A program made the translations under genes and the position numbers. A stretch of DNA of 64,000 bases from Azolla caroliniana (Eukaryota; Plantae; Polypodiophyta), in contig JBHGNT010000018.1 in assembly GCA_043228905.1 (NCBI GenBank), positions 6,200,001 through 6,264,000 on the forward strand. The letters are read 5' to 3'. Below the pieces are notes generated by a model, which saw only the letters and a program-made list of their open reading frames with translations, searched no databases and was not told the DNA's origin. Shown here piece after piece: positions 24,233 through 38,072 of this stretch (positions are counted from its first letter, which is position 1; the number at the start of each line of letters is the position of its first letter).

Positions 24233-25599
24233 TCGAAGGGGGATCGGGGAAACTCATGGGACAAGAAGTTAGTGGGCAACATAAGGTGAGGGGGAAGAGG
24301 TGGATGCTTGGACACGGGGGACTGGTACCCCACATCTCCACCAATATGTTAAATGCACATAAGAGATCAAAAACAACCTAGTTAGCTTCTTATGTCTTAC
24401 TCAATTTATAGTTCATACAAAGGTACACATTTGGGTTGGCTTAGCTAAAAAGGGTGTGCTAAAAGGGTGGTACAAAGGAACACATGCACACCACAATACT
24501 ACCAATAATTTAAAGTTCTATAAAATAATATATCTTGTAAATTCTTTTAGTTTTTTGGAATCTTTAAATACTTGTTAAAATGTGTACAATACATGGTGAA
24601 CTACTATAAATGGCAATTCTAAAACATATTCTAAACAAACTATATGTGTTTTTAAACAATTATCCTTGATATTGGATTTTGCATGGGGATTGGCAGATAT
24701 GTACTCTTTTGCAAGTGACGCAGGCAAGAAGTAGGTATCAAACACATCTAGCAATGTTTTCTAGGCTACCCAAATAGACCTCTTAATTATTTTCTTCCTC
24801 TCTTAAACTTATTAGAGATAATGGAAGATATAAGATTAAAGATTGAAACATAAACACTAACCAATTATTAGTTTAGCAAAAAATGGTTTGTTGCAACAAT
24901 AATTCCCTCAAACTCAACTAAGTTGGCTCTAATATCAATTTATGGGAGTAAAAATTTGTAGGAGGAAAAGTCAGAAAATCAAGTAAACATGAGGTACAAT
25001 TTATAGTTTTGAGCGCAAGAATGAGAGATTTTGCAAATAGAAGAAGTGGGCTTATGGGCTTTATATAGACAATATACTAGTATTATGGACACCTTACATA
25101 GTGTGTACATTGTTGAGTAAAGCATGGGCTCACAGAGATAAACTCTAATTGACATATATCAATATTTGCATGTGATTTCAATTGAAAGGGCCAATAAATG
25201 CTCTAAATTTTATTTGTTGGCCCGAAAATTTAATTAGAACCATTATCAATTCCAGTTTCCTATGAAAGTGTACCATTTATATAAATGGAAACAAGAAAGA
25301 ATCTTATGTTACTTTCATGATTACATGGTACAATTTTATAAAGAACTCACACTTAGTTGAACTTGGTGTTAGCTAATATTGAAAAACGAACCAAGTACTT
25401 AGATGTTTACTGCAAATTGGACATGTGTCCTCATTTATTGTCATATACCCAATGCTTTCTTTTTGCAGCATTTGATAATAGTTTGTTTCAACTTGATGTA
25501 TCATTTTTCATCACAAGACTTGCAATATATACACTTTAGGTGGTTGATTAATTTTAGTAAGGTTTAAATGGTTTCTTAGTGGTAAATGTGTACTTCTTT

Positions 25600-27346
25600 T
25601 TTCTTTTTTATTTCCCAAAAAAACTCATTCTATTAGTTATAAAATGTTTATAGATGACAATGTTATATACAAATCCTTATAGGGATGCAATAGTTCCATC
25701 TTATGTGGATGCCACTAACTCAATAAAGGGAGAAGACGACCATTGTTGGATTAAGGCTAGCCATCTTTCAACTCCATCGAATCCATCTATGAGGCCATCG
25801 TATTGGCTCTTTGGAGTGGCTACAACTTCACTCCATATCTCTTGTATTAACATTACTGGATGCACGTTTTGGTTGGAGAAGGCCCCTCTACATCGCAGTT
25901 TCCATAGAGTCCAAAGAGTTATTGGGTTGACCACTTCCAACACAACTTGAGATTTGGTATTAATAGAAATTAAGGGGATATTATCAATGGTGGAAAAAAG
26001 AACCTCTTGTGCTTTTATCACCAAAGTCCTCCCCTCCTCGTGATGTTCGTACCTGTCAACTAGGGCTCGCCGTGATTACCAACATACATTTCCCCACTTG
26101 ATTATGCCTTGCTCCTGACATAATTGCAATAGGCGACCAACCCCCTACCATAATTGATGAGTGTTTGGGTAGTCCCACAGGGCGTGCCGGATCGATTCTG
26201 TTGCATTTGGGCATGATACACAATTATGACAGCTAAGGTTCCCACGTTGCCATGCTCCAAGTGATAGTGGCTTATGTATTAATAGCCATTGGAATGTGGT
26301 AATTCGGCTAGTGTGTTGTTGTTTCTAGAGTTTTTGCCAAAAAGTAGTGATACTTGTATGAGGAACATGATATGTGTCCCATACGTTTGCAGCAGCTAGC
26401 TCTTGAGCGGTTTGAGAAGCTAGAATGTGGTGACCCAATCTTGTCGTGAATTGGAAAAAAGGGATGGCTTTGCTTCCTTGACCCGCATAAGGATTGCGCC
26501 ACATCCATTGCAAAGGTCCCAACTGACCTTATGTAATGTGTTTTCATAAGTACATATGGGTCATTCTAGTTGTACTTTGATTAGATTGGGATCTACAATT
26601 CATTTATGACCAGTATATGCAAGTATTCGAATTGCCATATTCAATGTTGGTGTCTCACTATCTCGCAGTTCATGGCCTTTGATCCCGTTCAGTGTTTCCC
26701 TACCTCTTGGGATCACGACCTCCTCCTCGTAGCTTATCCACTTCTCCATTGTCGTCCTTCGATTAGCAACTTCATTAAGCAATAGAGCATTAATGATTTC
26801 AGATCTCATAGTCCATTCACCCTTGATTCCATGGAATAAGTTGGCTTGATCTTGTATTGGCATTGACATAAACTGTCTCCAACACTCTATACTCTTTCTT
26901 AGACCTTCTGCAATGCATCCCCATGACAAACCCTTAGTTGATCCAATTAGTTGCCAAAATTCATCTCTGATACATGGGTTCCATAGGATGCGTTGACTGA
27001 GGTAGGCAGGTTCGGAATTAGGTTGATCGCACTTGAGCCCTTGTCTTATGTCACAGCATGCCTTCCACATGGATGCACCGAACCTATCCTCTAGTTTCCG
27101 TGAGAAACATGGTTTGAGATCCATGTTTAGAATCCATCCCGTTTGGGGGATCCAATTGGCCCTTTTTCGTGGCTTAAAGTAAGCGAAACATAACTGAAGT
27201 AACATTTTCCAACAATCATCCCTTGGTTAGAGTCCTACCACTACAAATTTCGCGAGTAGGGCTTTGGATTGTGAGAGGGGATCAAATAGATCCAATCCTC
27301 CTCTTGACTTAGGTGATATGAGTATAGGCCACGCCACTTTGGCCCG
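25600..27346 (-). mobile_element. 5'-truncated, degenerate L1-clade LINE
   Basis: Minus-strand KVAWPIL..PKSRGGL, zf-RVT-like CPNATESIRHALW and TLWTLWKLR. T-rich tail on +. 16-bp TSD aaatgt(g/t)tacttcttt at 25584-25599 and 27347-27362. Confidence 0.85.
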
Positions 27347-30126
27347 AAATGTTTACTTCTTTAGTAACATATGTTATCCTTCTACATCAATTTTCTACAA
27401 TAGGTTAAAAAAAAAGATGTTGATATGAAAAGGTTTCATAACTATCATTTTTTTATATCACCATTAATAAAGTGTGCCTCAATTATTTAATGTTATATTT
27501 GTCTTTACCGAATGTTTTTGGATATTTCTGCCATGTTATGCCTCGTCCTTTTTTAAATATACAAAGGTTGATATTAATCTTCAAATAAATGGAAGTGTTT
27601 GAAGTTTCATACTTGTGTTTCTTATCATTTGAGACTCCAAAATTATGTGAACTTCATGAAGGACCAAACCATACCTTCGAGGATGACTTTTCACACCACT
27701 CCAGAGAAAGATGCAGAAAGGGATGTCCCTCTTGTGGAAGAATCATGTGATCGAACATATGTATTCGTTATAGAATAGAGTAACCAGTACGTTTGAATTA
27801 CGTTCTTTACATAAGGTTTTATTGTTCAATGCATTTGTTGTCAAACTTTTTTCTTTTTGTGATTAGGTTACGTTGTAAATGAACGCGTTTGTAACTTTTG
27901 CTACTGAAGTGTTTACATTTGTGTAACGTCAAGTTGTTGCTCTTTTATTTATATGGTTTGTTTGGATGAGTTGGCTTCCAAATTTATTACACATACACAT
28001 AAATCAATGTAAGAAGCTCCTCCTTTCGATTTTATGCTTATTGAAATCGAAGGGTGTGCAACCCAATATGTCCTCTTGATGAGTTATATATGATACAAGA
28101 GAAGCTAGCTAGAATTAGCAAGACTTGCTTTTGATGAAAAATAATATCTAGTAATATTTGTGGTTCAACATATCAAGAGTATTTACCACTCATTTCCTTC
28201 AACGTTAAGGTATTTATTTATTGAGTTTTTCTCAACGAGACTATCATGTGGAAGTATTTATTGAGACCAACGATGTACACATACATGACAACCACAACCA
28301 TCTAGTTTTTTTTCGATGTCATATTGAAGGGATTAGCTATATACACCTTACTTATATTTATGTCCCCATCAATCACAATGACCTTTTGCATTAAAGAATG
28401 ATCTCAAAAGTTGGTTTCCATCATGGCTCACTTGATGCATCTTGAATAAAGATCATGCAAAGCATAGAGAATCGAGATTCTTAAATAGTGATCCTATGTA
28501 TGTGTTTGTGTATATATCACGAGTCACGACTAGTGTTTAGTATGTATGTGAACCAAAATGTTAAACTTAGGAAATGTGAACATGGTTGGCATCATTATCA
28601 ACAAGTCAAAATAATTTCTCACTATTTGAGAAATAAGTTGCACGATCAAGAAGCTTTTAAATTTCTCAACCACTATGAAGGAAAAGACTTCACATATTTG
28701 CATCCACAAGAGCATAAGAAGTTGTATAGCTAGCTAATGTCCATTAGATCACAAACTCTCAATGAGTTTAGTGTGGATTGCATGTATTGACACAATAATC
28801 ATAAATTTATGGCCCAATGGGTCAAATATTGGTTCGTTATTTTCACAACCCAAGGGAATAATGATTTGAGTATATAAAACTCACAAAATTACTATTATCG
28901 TCTTACCCTTTCCTTTAAAATGCTCATACACAAGTCCAATAACATTGGCAACATTTCTGAGACTACATTGTCAACATAGAATATCTTTGTTTGTGTGTTA
29001 AATAGAATTTTGTAAATATATAATCCACAAGTAAAAGTTCTTGATAATATAAGAAAAACAAAATGCATGCAAAGAAACGATACTTGCTACTATGCGTCAC
29101 TCTAAGAGGTATCATTCACCATCTATCCACGACTCATCTATTGGATGTTATGTAAGCCTAGGTTGTCCCAATATCTAGTAGCCCCAACGTGAATTGTAGA
29201 GTCTTTGGACCTATTAAACTCACCTCGGGTCCTTGAATGTATAAATAACTACATGTGAGTTCACAATATGAAACAACTATGCTAAATAGTGTCCACAAAT
29301 GTATAGGTATGCCCATGATCTCAATACATGCAAACATTATTGTGTTGTGTAAGATCTTCAAAATCTAATCATGGACAACCCTTTGTATAACAAATCTTGA
29401 GCCTCATCATCTAAAAAAGAAAACGATCACTAGAATAATGTTGTTGGATCAAGCTTTTGCTCATTGTCTTATAACTTCCCTATAGAGTGTAGGTTATGTC
29501 CTGCATCCTAATTTGGTTGACCATCCAAAAGTATTAGCTAAGCATCTCCAAATTGTTTAGTCCTTACCCAACTAACCACCTAATATTATGTCATAGTTTC
29601 ATGAAAACAACAAGCTTGTAAGAAAGCTATCAACAATGCTATATTGAGTCATTGAATCGATCTCTTGTTCTACAATTGGTAGAGTATGTATTGGAAAATC
29701 GGCTTGATTTTGTTGCTTGTTGTAGGGTTGGTTTTGTTGTCAATGGTGGGTGATAGAAGACTATGGCCTTTTTTCTAATTCATGAAAACGTTGTGATGCA
29801 TTGGCTCATGAACATTGATTAGTTTTAACCTCACACGTAGCGAAACCATATTATCTACCAATTTCATCACAATTTTCTTTGGTTATTTGAACCATGTGGC
29901 ATTGTTTTGCTAGAACTTGAATTTTGCTGTTTAGAACTACACATTGTTAATGGGATAAAGAATTTTGATGTCAACAAGAGACAAATTTATGAATCTACTT
30001 GAGCAAGGTTGGCATTTTGAGGCCACCCATACTTGGTCTAAGATTCCCAAAACAATAGCCTTCATGACAACTTGACTAAAGGTGGAACATTCAAAGTGAA
30101 GCACAATTGAAAATGATGGTGGTATA

Positions 30127-33125
30127 TGTTACATGCATGGCCATAATTTATCCCATGGAAGTTTGTACCGTAGTATTCTACACACGAGGATAAAGTGTAA
30201 GGGTTGGTGAGCGCGCCCCAGTACCAAGTACGAGTCAATGCCATGGTGGATAGTATGGACACCGATCAAGGCTCCGATCTATCTCGATCCCTTTGCTCGG
30301 GGGTGGTCGGGTAGATCGACACCCTTCTTTCTATCTCTTTCTCTTATATATCTATCATTTACTTATTTCATGCTTACATTAAGAATAATCTCTAACATAT
30401 GATGTTCCTAAAATGACATTTCATATGCGTTATGGCCATTATGAGTTTTTGGTCATGTGTTTTGGTTTTACCAATGCTACAACCGCATTTCAACAAGAAA
30501 TGAATGACATCTTCAAGAAAAACTTGGAAAATTTGTTGTTATTTTCTTGGATGATATTCTACTTTATAATCGTACATTAGAAGAACATGGTAAACCCTAA
30601 ACCCTAAACCGCTTTGTCTTACAAACATTGTGCGACAAACAGCTCTACTTGAAGATCTCAAAATGAGAGCTCTTCAAGAAATCAATTACATATCTTAGAT
30701 ATCTCGTAACTGAATGAGGAGTCAAATTTTATCCTTCTCACATTGAGAAAGTTAAACTTTGGCTCACTCTTCGAAATATTTCGAGATGTTTGATCATTTC
30801 TTGGTTTTTTCAGGTTTAGGCAAAAATCTCTTCGCAATTACTTCCGATTGATGATGCCATTTACTAATCATCTTAAAGGTCAAACTCATAAGTCTACAAA
30901 ACCTATAGTATGGAATGTTACATTAGAGGTCTCACATTTAAGGAACTCAAGGACCATGTGTGTAAGGCTCCTTCGCTTCTTTAACAAAATCCTTCAAAAC
31001 CTTTTAAGGTTGAAATTGTTACAAGTGATTATGATATAGGTGTTATTCTATATCAAGATGGTAAACCAATAGCATTTGAGAATAAGAAACTTTCTTACTG
31101 AGTGTCGATATAGTGTTCAAGAAAAGGAATTGTTTGTAGTTATCCATGCACTGAAGTCATGACGCCATTATTTTTACGGAAATCGTTTGGTGGTCACTAC
31201 AAACCACGAGTCCTTGCAATAATTTTGTGACCAACAAGACCTTAAGGGTCATAAGGCACAATGACAGATCTCATCCAAGACTTTTATTTTTCGATATGAT
31301 ATTGTAAAGGTTCCATGAACACCGTCATTGATGCACTCGATTGCATCCGTGAAGTTAACATGCTTACCTTCACTGAGATAACATCAAATCTTTATGATCA
31401 CCTTCAAGGAACGTATCATATGACAAATATTTTGGAATATACTAAGCAAGAGTTGAGTCTGAATAGACATGTCACCACACCCTCGAAGGGATTGTTCCAC
31501 ATTGCTAACGGTTTGATGAGTGTTTGTGATGGGAAGGTTTGTGTTCCATATTTGCCTAAGGTCAAAAAGAGAATTCTTTTTTAATGCCACAATGCACCCT
31601 CAACAAGGCACCTTGGAATACATCCCACACATTCTAGAGCCATGATGCCATTGGGGTCATAGTTGATATACAAACTAAAATGATCAGGTTTATTGTTACT
31701 AAAACCACAATAATAATGCTTGAATTGGCTTACCAATTCATTGAATCTGAATTATTCTGTTATTATGGGTTACCGATGGATATTTTGGGTGATTGATTTT
31801 ACTAACGACTTTTGGATGCAAGTCTTTAAGAAGTTAGAAATCACATTGAGCATGAGCTCCACCGATCATCCTCAATCCAATGGACAGATAGAACGGGTAA
31901 ATCAAATTATTGAAGTCATGCTTCAAGCATACATTGCTACAAAGCTAACAAAATGGGAATGTTATCTCCCAAATTTGGAGTTTGCTTATAATAGCTCCAA
32001 GCATACATCGACGTGATATAGTTATTTTATTTTTATGACATACAGATTTTAGCCACGAGTCCTGATTGATGTTAATATACATCATGATGAATTGTGAAGA
32101 ACATAAAACTTTCTAAGGGATATGCAAGGTATGTTGCATATTGCATGAGATAATACAAAAATAGCTCAAGATAGAGTGCGTTTTTATGTTGACCATAATA
32201 GGCAACCTCGTGTATTCAACCTTGGACGAAAGGAATTTCTACATGTACTTGATGATTCTAAGACATTGTCTATGAGTAAGTGTGTTAAGTTAGCCCTAAG
32301 ATTTTTTGCACCTCTCACAATCCTCAAACGCATTGGTTCATCATCACATCGGCTCCCTCTTCCTGGTTGTGTCGAAATCCATCTAGTTTTTTATGTAAGT
32401 CATCGAAAAGAACTTCTTGGTCTTGGCGATAATATAGTTACAACTGAAACTCTAGTTACTTCTAAAGATTTAGCTTCTAAACCACATGTACTAGAGAAAT
32501 TTCTCGACATTAAACAAAACATTTGTGTTCTAAAACAATTTGAGAATTTTTAATTAAAAGGATGGATAAGTCTATAAAATATGCTACATGGGAATTAGAA
32601 AACACCCTTAAAACTAACTTCCCTAACTTTTCATTGCAAGAGTGCAATGTTCTAAAGAGGTTGAGTATGTTACGGGCATGACCATAATTTATCCAATGAT
32701 AGTTTGTATCATAGGATTCTACACACAAGGATAAAATGTGAGGGTTTACTGAGATTGTAAAGAAGGGAGGATTACTTTTAATCCTAGCAATTGAGACAAC
32801 CCATAAGGGCCAAGTGTGAACTTACTTGGGAACCTTAGGTCTAGCTATAAATATAAGGCTTAGCTACCCTCATTAGACACATTATTAGACTACGTCAAGA
32901 CTATGACCTTGTGGTGAACTAACTGTTTTGGCGAGCATGTGCCAGTGCCAGGTACAACTTGATGCCATGGTGGTGGTATGGGACGTCGATCAGAGCTTGA
33001 GTCCGCCTCGATCCCTTCACTCAGGGGTGGTTGGGTGAATTAGCACCCTTCTTTCTCTCTCTTTCTCTCATCTATCTATCATTTACTTCTTTATTTCATG
33101 CTTACATTAGAAATAATCTCTAATA
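30127..33125 (+). mobile_element. Internally deleted, heavily decayed chromovirus (same family as 17596-23470)
   Basis: LTRs at 30127-30397 (internally deleted) and 32668-33125. TSD GTATA at 30122-30126 and 33126-33130. RT/RH/IN/chromodomain remnants; gag and protease missing. Confidence 0.9.
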
Positions 33126-34285
33126 GTATAACCATAGGTTAGTTATGCTACATAGTCTTCAAAGATGGGGGGATCAATAATGAGCAACAAGATACCAGCT
33201 TTATTAATCTCACTATGGTAAAGGATTAAATGAGACACAAACCAATTGGGTGAAATTGAGAGAGAAAGAAGGCCAAGGGATTCCTCTATGTAGTGAAACT
33301 TGAAGTTGCACAATAAAAATTAAGATATTTTTCATACCATGCCGTCATATATAAGGAATCATGTAAAGATGCATATGTATACAATTATCCAATTGAACTT
33401 AGAAACCCTTGTTCCAATTATTGCAACATTAACTGTAAGGGTCAAGATCACCCGACCCACCAAACTGAGAATGAAGATCTCACCTCATTGGCTCTCCACA
33501 AAACCTTGAATGGATTAATTAATTATAACATCAACAAATTGATCTTGTGTTTGCACGACTACCCGTCTCGTAACTTAGATAGAGTTTATGGATTACTTTG
33601 CCACTTGATTTTCTATCAAAATTGAATGATCATATCTAGGAACATTCCACTTAAGATTGTATTTAAGTTGTAAAATATTTTATTGCAATGCCTTTTTTAA
33701 AACACGATTGTTGCCACTAACTATCTCATTCTTCATGCACCACCAATGACGAACCATCCTATTCTTCATGACTCGACAAACCATGTAATCCACACAAGCA
33801 TGTTATACTAACTAGAGGGTTAGATGACATAACACCACCCAAAGGAACCCCAATTATTATTCTACTCTTAGAGTCCTCTCATGTGGATAACAAGGCAAAT
33901 CAAATAAGTTCTCTTTGATGAATGCTTCCATTATGATTCCTTCTTGTCCATGAACTCCTACGCACACCTTGTAACGGTGCCACAAAGCACTTTATATATC
34001 GGTATACATGGTGGGACATTATCCCACACTTTAGCTTTAATCATCTCTTTGTTAAGCCACATGTACACGAGTCTATTTCCTTCCCAAAGTGTCATGAAAC
34101 AGATTGAAGTATGGCCCATGTTTTTGGTCCATATTACACTGGCAGGGTTTTGGCTATTTCACACTCGTCGAATGGCCACCAATGTTGGCCCGGGGGCAAG
34201 TTTCGGGCATGGTTGATAGGTGGGCTTTTCATGGGGTCTTTCAGGGTCGATAGTGGGTAGGTCATGGACATAATAGAAGAAACTA

Positions 34286-34302
34286 TATACATACATATAT
34301 CG

Positions 34303-34333
<31 letters not shown>

Positions 34334-34649
34334 GTTTCACTCCTCCTCCACTAACTAATGTATATATATAACATAATAAAACTAGAAGAAGAAGAAGAAG
34401 AAGAAGAAGAAAAAGAAGCGGAAGAGGAAGGAAAAACAGAGGAGAAGCAAACTGCTCTGCCAAATTCGGATCGTCGTTCCATTTGCCGTCATCGAAGCTG
34501 AAGACGGAAGAAACAGAAGAAACAGAAGAAACAGAAGAAGAAGAAGAAGAAGAAGAGGAGTAGGAGCTCCGATCGTGGGCTCTTGGTTCGGTTCTAATGC
34601 GCAGGAAGGCTAGGAACAGAGGAGGAGGGATCGAAGAAGAAGAAGAAGC

Positions 34650-34680
<31 letters not shown>
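34286..34680. repeat. Microsatellite cluster (TATG)n, (GAA)n, (ATC)n in the promoter/5' UTR of the UBP22-like gene
   Basis: Directly visible tandem tracts ending 10 bp before the ATG. Confidence 0.9.
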
Positions 34681-34681
<1 letters not shown>

Positions 34682-34690
34682 GACGGAGAT

Positions 34691-35664
34691 ATGGGAGACG
34701 CCCCTCTGATCTTTCGGGCAAAGAGACGCTCCTCTCGTCATGTGGTGGAAGAGGAGAAGGTTCAGGTGCTGGCAGTGCAGGGGCTCCCTGTATCTACCTC
34801 CTCCTCCACTCTCACCTACTGTCCTTGCGATCACGTGTTAGAATTCAGGCAGAAGCATGGGTTCAAAACTTTGCAGAAATGGATTGCCCAGGGAGGCGGC
34901 AGATGTCCTGGAGCTGCCCATAAATGTGTAATTTGTGGTCGGTATTCGGGCCGCCTTTACGCCTGCCTCTTATGTGCAGCTGTATGCTGTTGGGATCCTG
35001 TGTCCCTGTCCGTGACTGGGCCGGGGCCCCATGCCTTAGTTCATGCCCGTTCATACCCTGGACATCATCTTGCAATTGATGTGCAGCGGGCTGAGCTCTT
35101 CTGTTGCATCTGCAAAGACCAGGTTTACGATCCAGATCTCGACCAAGCTGTGCTTTGTGCTCAAGCATTATCATTAGCGGATGGCAGTTCACAGACACCA
35201 ATGATATTATCTCAAGAGAGCATGAAGAGCCCATGTGAACCTCATTTTACCAATAGTCCTTATGTGTCCAATGGATCACATATTCATCATAATGGACCAC
35301 AGACGAGAAGCAAGAAGCGAAAGCTCGAAGGTCAGAATCACCCATGTATGCCTTCTCCTGCTGGCCAATGCCTTGTGAAGAAGCGATTTGCAACTGCATT
35401 GGAATGTGATGATGATGATGATGATGATGATGATGGTCTTCTGGGGTTGCGTGGCCTGAACAACCTCGGAAATACTTGTTTCATGAACTCCATATTGCAA
35501 GCCCTTCTACATGCCCCGCCCATGAGAAGCTACTTTCTCAAGGGTCAGCATGATCGAACCATGTGTGGGGAGATCGTTTGCCTCAGATGTGAAATGGACA
35601 TCCTTTACTCCGCCGTTTACTCCGGTGATCGGTCACCCTACAGCCCTGCCCGATTCTTGTACAG
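34691..35664 (+). CDS. UBP22: Ubiquitin-specific protease 22-like (SAGA DUB subunit), exon 1: ZnF-UBP and Cys box
   Basis: ZnF-UBP (CVICG...LYACLLC...H...H...ELFCCICKDQVYDPD), GLRGLNNLGNTCFMNSILQ; GT donor at 35665. Confidence 0.9.
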
Positions 35665-35928
35665 GTTGTTATTTTGATCCTAGATCTAGTCATTATAGCT
35701 TGAACAATTTAATTGTTTTCAATGCTGGCTATTTAATGCTTTTTCCAATATTGTTGAGTGATGTAATGGTTTTATTTTGTCTTTGTGGAGCTAATTAATA
35801 CTTTTTTGGCATCATCAAGAGATCTAGTGATTTGTTTTCCTACATTGTATTCCATTTAATGGTTTCTTTGTGCTTTGGTAAGGCGATGTGTCATTGAGCT
35901 CACTTTTGTGAATGTTTTCTGTTGTCAG

Positions 35929-36036
35929 CTGGTGGCAGCATGCCGAGAATCTTTCGGGCTATAAGCAGCAGGATGCTCATGAGTTTTTCATCTCAATTAT
36001 CGATGGAATACACGGGAATGTAGATGCTAAAAAGAG
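35929..36036 (+). CDS. UBP22: UBP22-like exon 2
   Basis: AG/GT bounded; encodes (S)[28 protein letters not shown], the QQDAHEF box, in the correct phase. Confidence 0.9.
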
Positions 36037-36154
36037 GTAACTGATGGGGTTGGGTTTATCTTCTCATGTCTAACAAGGCAGTAATAATGGGTTGCGATGT
36101 CTTAACAAGAATTCTTATTTTTTGATGATTGATGTACTTGATATTTGTTGGCAG

Positions 36155-36872
36155 TGCAGGCAATGATGGGGAATGCGGATGCATTGCCCACCAATCTTTC
36201 TCTGGACTATTGCGATCTGATGTAACGTGCCTGGAATGTGGTTTTAGCTCAACTGCTTATGATCCATGCATTGATATTTCTTTGGACTTGGAACCTCTTG
36301 GATCTATTATCTCTAATGGAACTGGATCATGTTCAAACCATCATCAAATGGCCGCTCTGGATTGGACAACTTTGTATGGATGTCTTGACCGCTTCACGAG
36401 GTTAGAGAAATTGGGTTTGGATCAGAAGTTTTACTGTGAAAATTGTAAAATACCACAAGAATCTGTGAAGCAAATGTCCTTATGTAAGCTGCCCCAGGTC
36501 TTATGTCTTCATATCAAGAGGTTCGAGCATTCTCATGTCCGCAACATGTCTAGAAAAATTGATCGATATGTGCAATTTCCCTTCAATTTAGACATGGCCC
36601 CATATATGTCTTCCTGTATTGTGCGGTTACGGCATGGCAATAGGCTTGGGTTTTTCGATGGCGAGCAAACTGGCCCAGCTGAATACGAGCTTTTTGCAGT
36701 GGTTTCACACTCAGGAAAGCTGGACTCAGGTCATTACATCACTTATCTGCACCTGGGTCTATATTGGTATCGATGCAATGATTCATGGATCTCTCGGGTG
36801 AGCAATGACGTGGTGAGATCCACTCAGGCATATATGCTATATTATGTTCGAAAGGCTTTCACAAGTCACTAA
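36155..36872 (+). CDS. UBP22: UBP22-like exon 3 (His box); spliced CDS 1800 nt, 599 aa
   Basis: CIAHQSFSGLLRSDVTC, LCLHIKRFEH, YELFAVVSHSGKLDSGHY, AYMLYY, TAA. Exon lengths 974+108+718 keep the frame. Confidence 0.9.
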
Positions 36873-38072
36873 AGGATGGGTTGATGAATGGCTCTTCACC
36901 AACCTTTGATTCTGTAAACGTACACGCATCAGCATTCATCGGAGCTGAATAGATGATTACAGATCGCATCCCTCAAAATATGGTATATCAAATGAGTATA
37001 TATGTTGAGGAAAATACAATTTTGGTAGTGATAGTTATCATATGACCACACAAAACATAGGCTCATGTAAGATCTACAAATGGGCGTAACAAAAGGTGTT
37101 AGTTCCCTGATTGCAGGCATAGATGCTTTTAGAGAGTATGGAGTTTTGGGTTGTACATTCTATTCTTTGTAAAAGCCACAAGGTGACAAAATTTTCCTTC
37201 TCTAAACCAGGCAAATAAAATTGCTTCATATTTGTCATTCATTCGCTATGGTTGACATTCAATGGATTCAATAGCATAAATATGGTGGTGTACATTAGGC
37301 TAAGTGTTGTTTAATCTTGTTGAAGTTGCTTTATATTGAGGTCATATACATTCATGGGTAAAGCATATATGTAATATAGATATATATGCTTTTACCCAAG
37401 AATGTGCATGTGGTTATTGTATGCGAGAACATTTATGAGGTAATGCTTCCTTATCATTGAATGTAACGTTGGAACATGCTGATTGTTGCTCACCTTAAAG
37501 TTACTTATGATTTTGAATATCAATATTTTCTTTGTGATTTTGATTACCTATCCGAATTGCAATAAATGGAAGCAAGCGGTTTGAGTTAACATACATGGAG
37601 CAACTCATTTCAATGTTTGGCCCTCTCACCTTGCCGTGCTTGTCAATTTGGAATGGCTTTCGTAGGACACTGTGCATGATTTGATTTTGAAGAATCCCTT
37701 CAAGGTATACTAACTTTGAAGGATTCCAAATGGGGATGTAATGATAAATGATGGTATGTGAAAAATAAATATTATTTGTTTGCTCCATTGTGGAACCAAA
37801 CTCATTGGACCAAACATTGATAAAAGTTAAAAAGCTTAATTTTTCATACCAGCTTTCACTTTCTTTCTTACTTTTTTTCCAAAAAAATATTGCTTCGCAA
37901 TAGTTAGCAACAAGATTGTGGCGTGCTTTGTAACAAGTGTTGGTTCCATACTCATGGTGGATTCTTGAGGATAGAACTATGAATGGATAATGGTTTGTTT
38001 TGAGACAAATTGAATAGTGAAGCTATGACTTCATGATTTAATCAAATTTAGTTTGGTTTGGTTTAGGTTCAT

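Larger units (their letters stand above)
17334..24495 (-). mobile_element. Small non-autonomous Ty3/gypsy derivative (about 1.3 kb without the nested insert)
   Basis: Short direct LTRs at 17334-17531 and 24347-24495. PPT next to the left LTR. PBS TGGTGGAGATGTGGGG (tRNA-Ala-like) at about 24328-24343 on -. ATAC on both flanks. Integrase fragment at 23697-23960. Confidence 0.85.

Noticed and set aside
27400-30100. AT-rich region with short ORFs, possible exon-like pieces and a faint LINE-endonuclease-like peptide near 29900
   Set aside because: Too degenerate to support any call by eye.
34134-34721. 195-aa minus-strand ORF with poly-M/S/L
   Set aside because: It is an antisense reading of microsatellites in the UBP22 leader.
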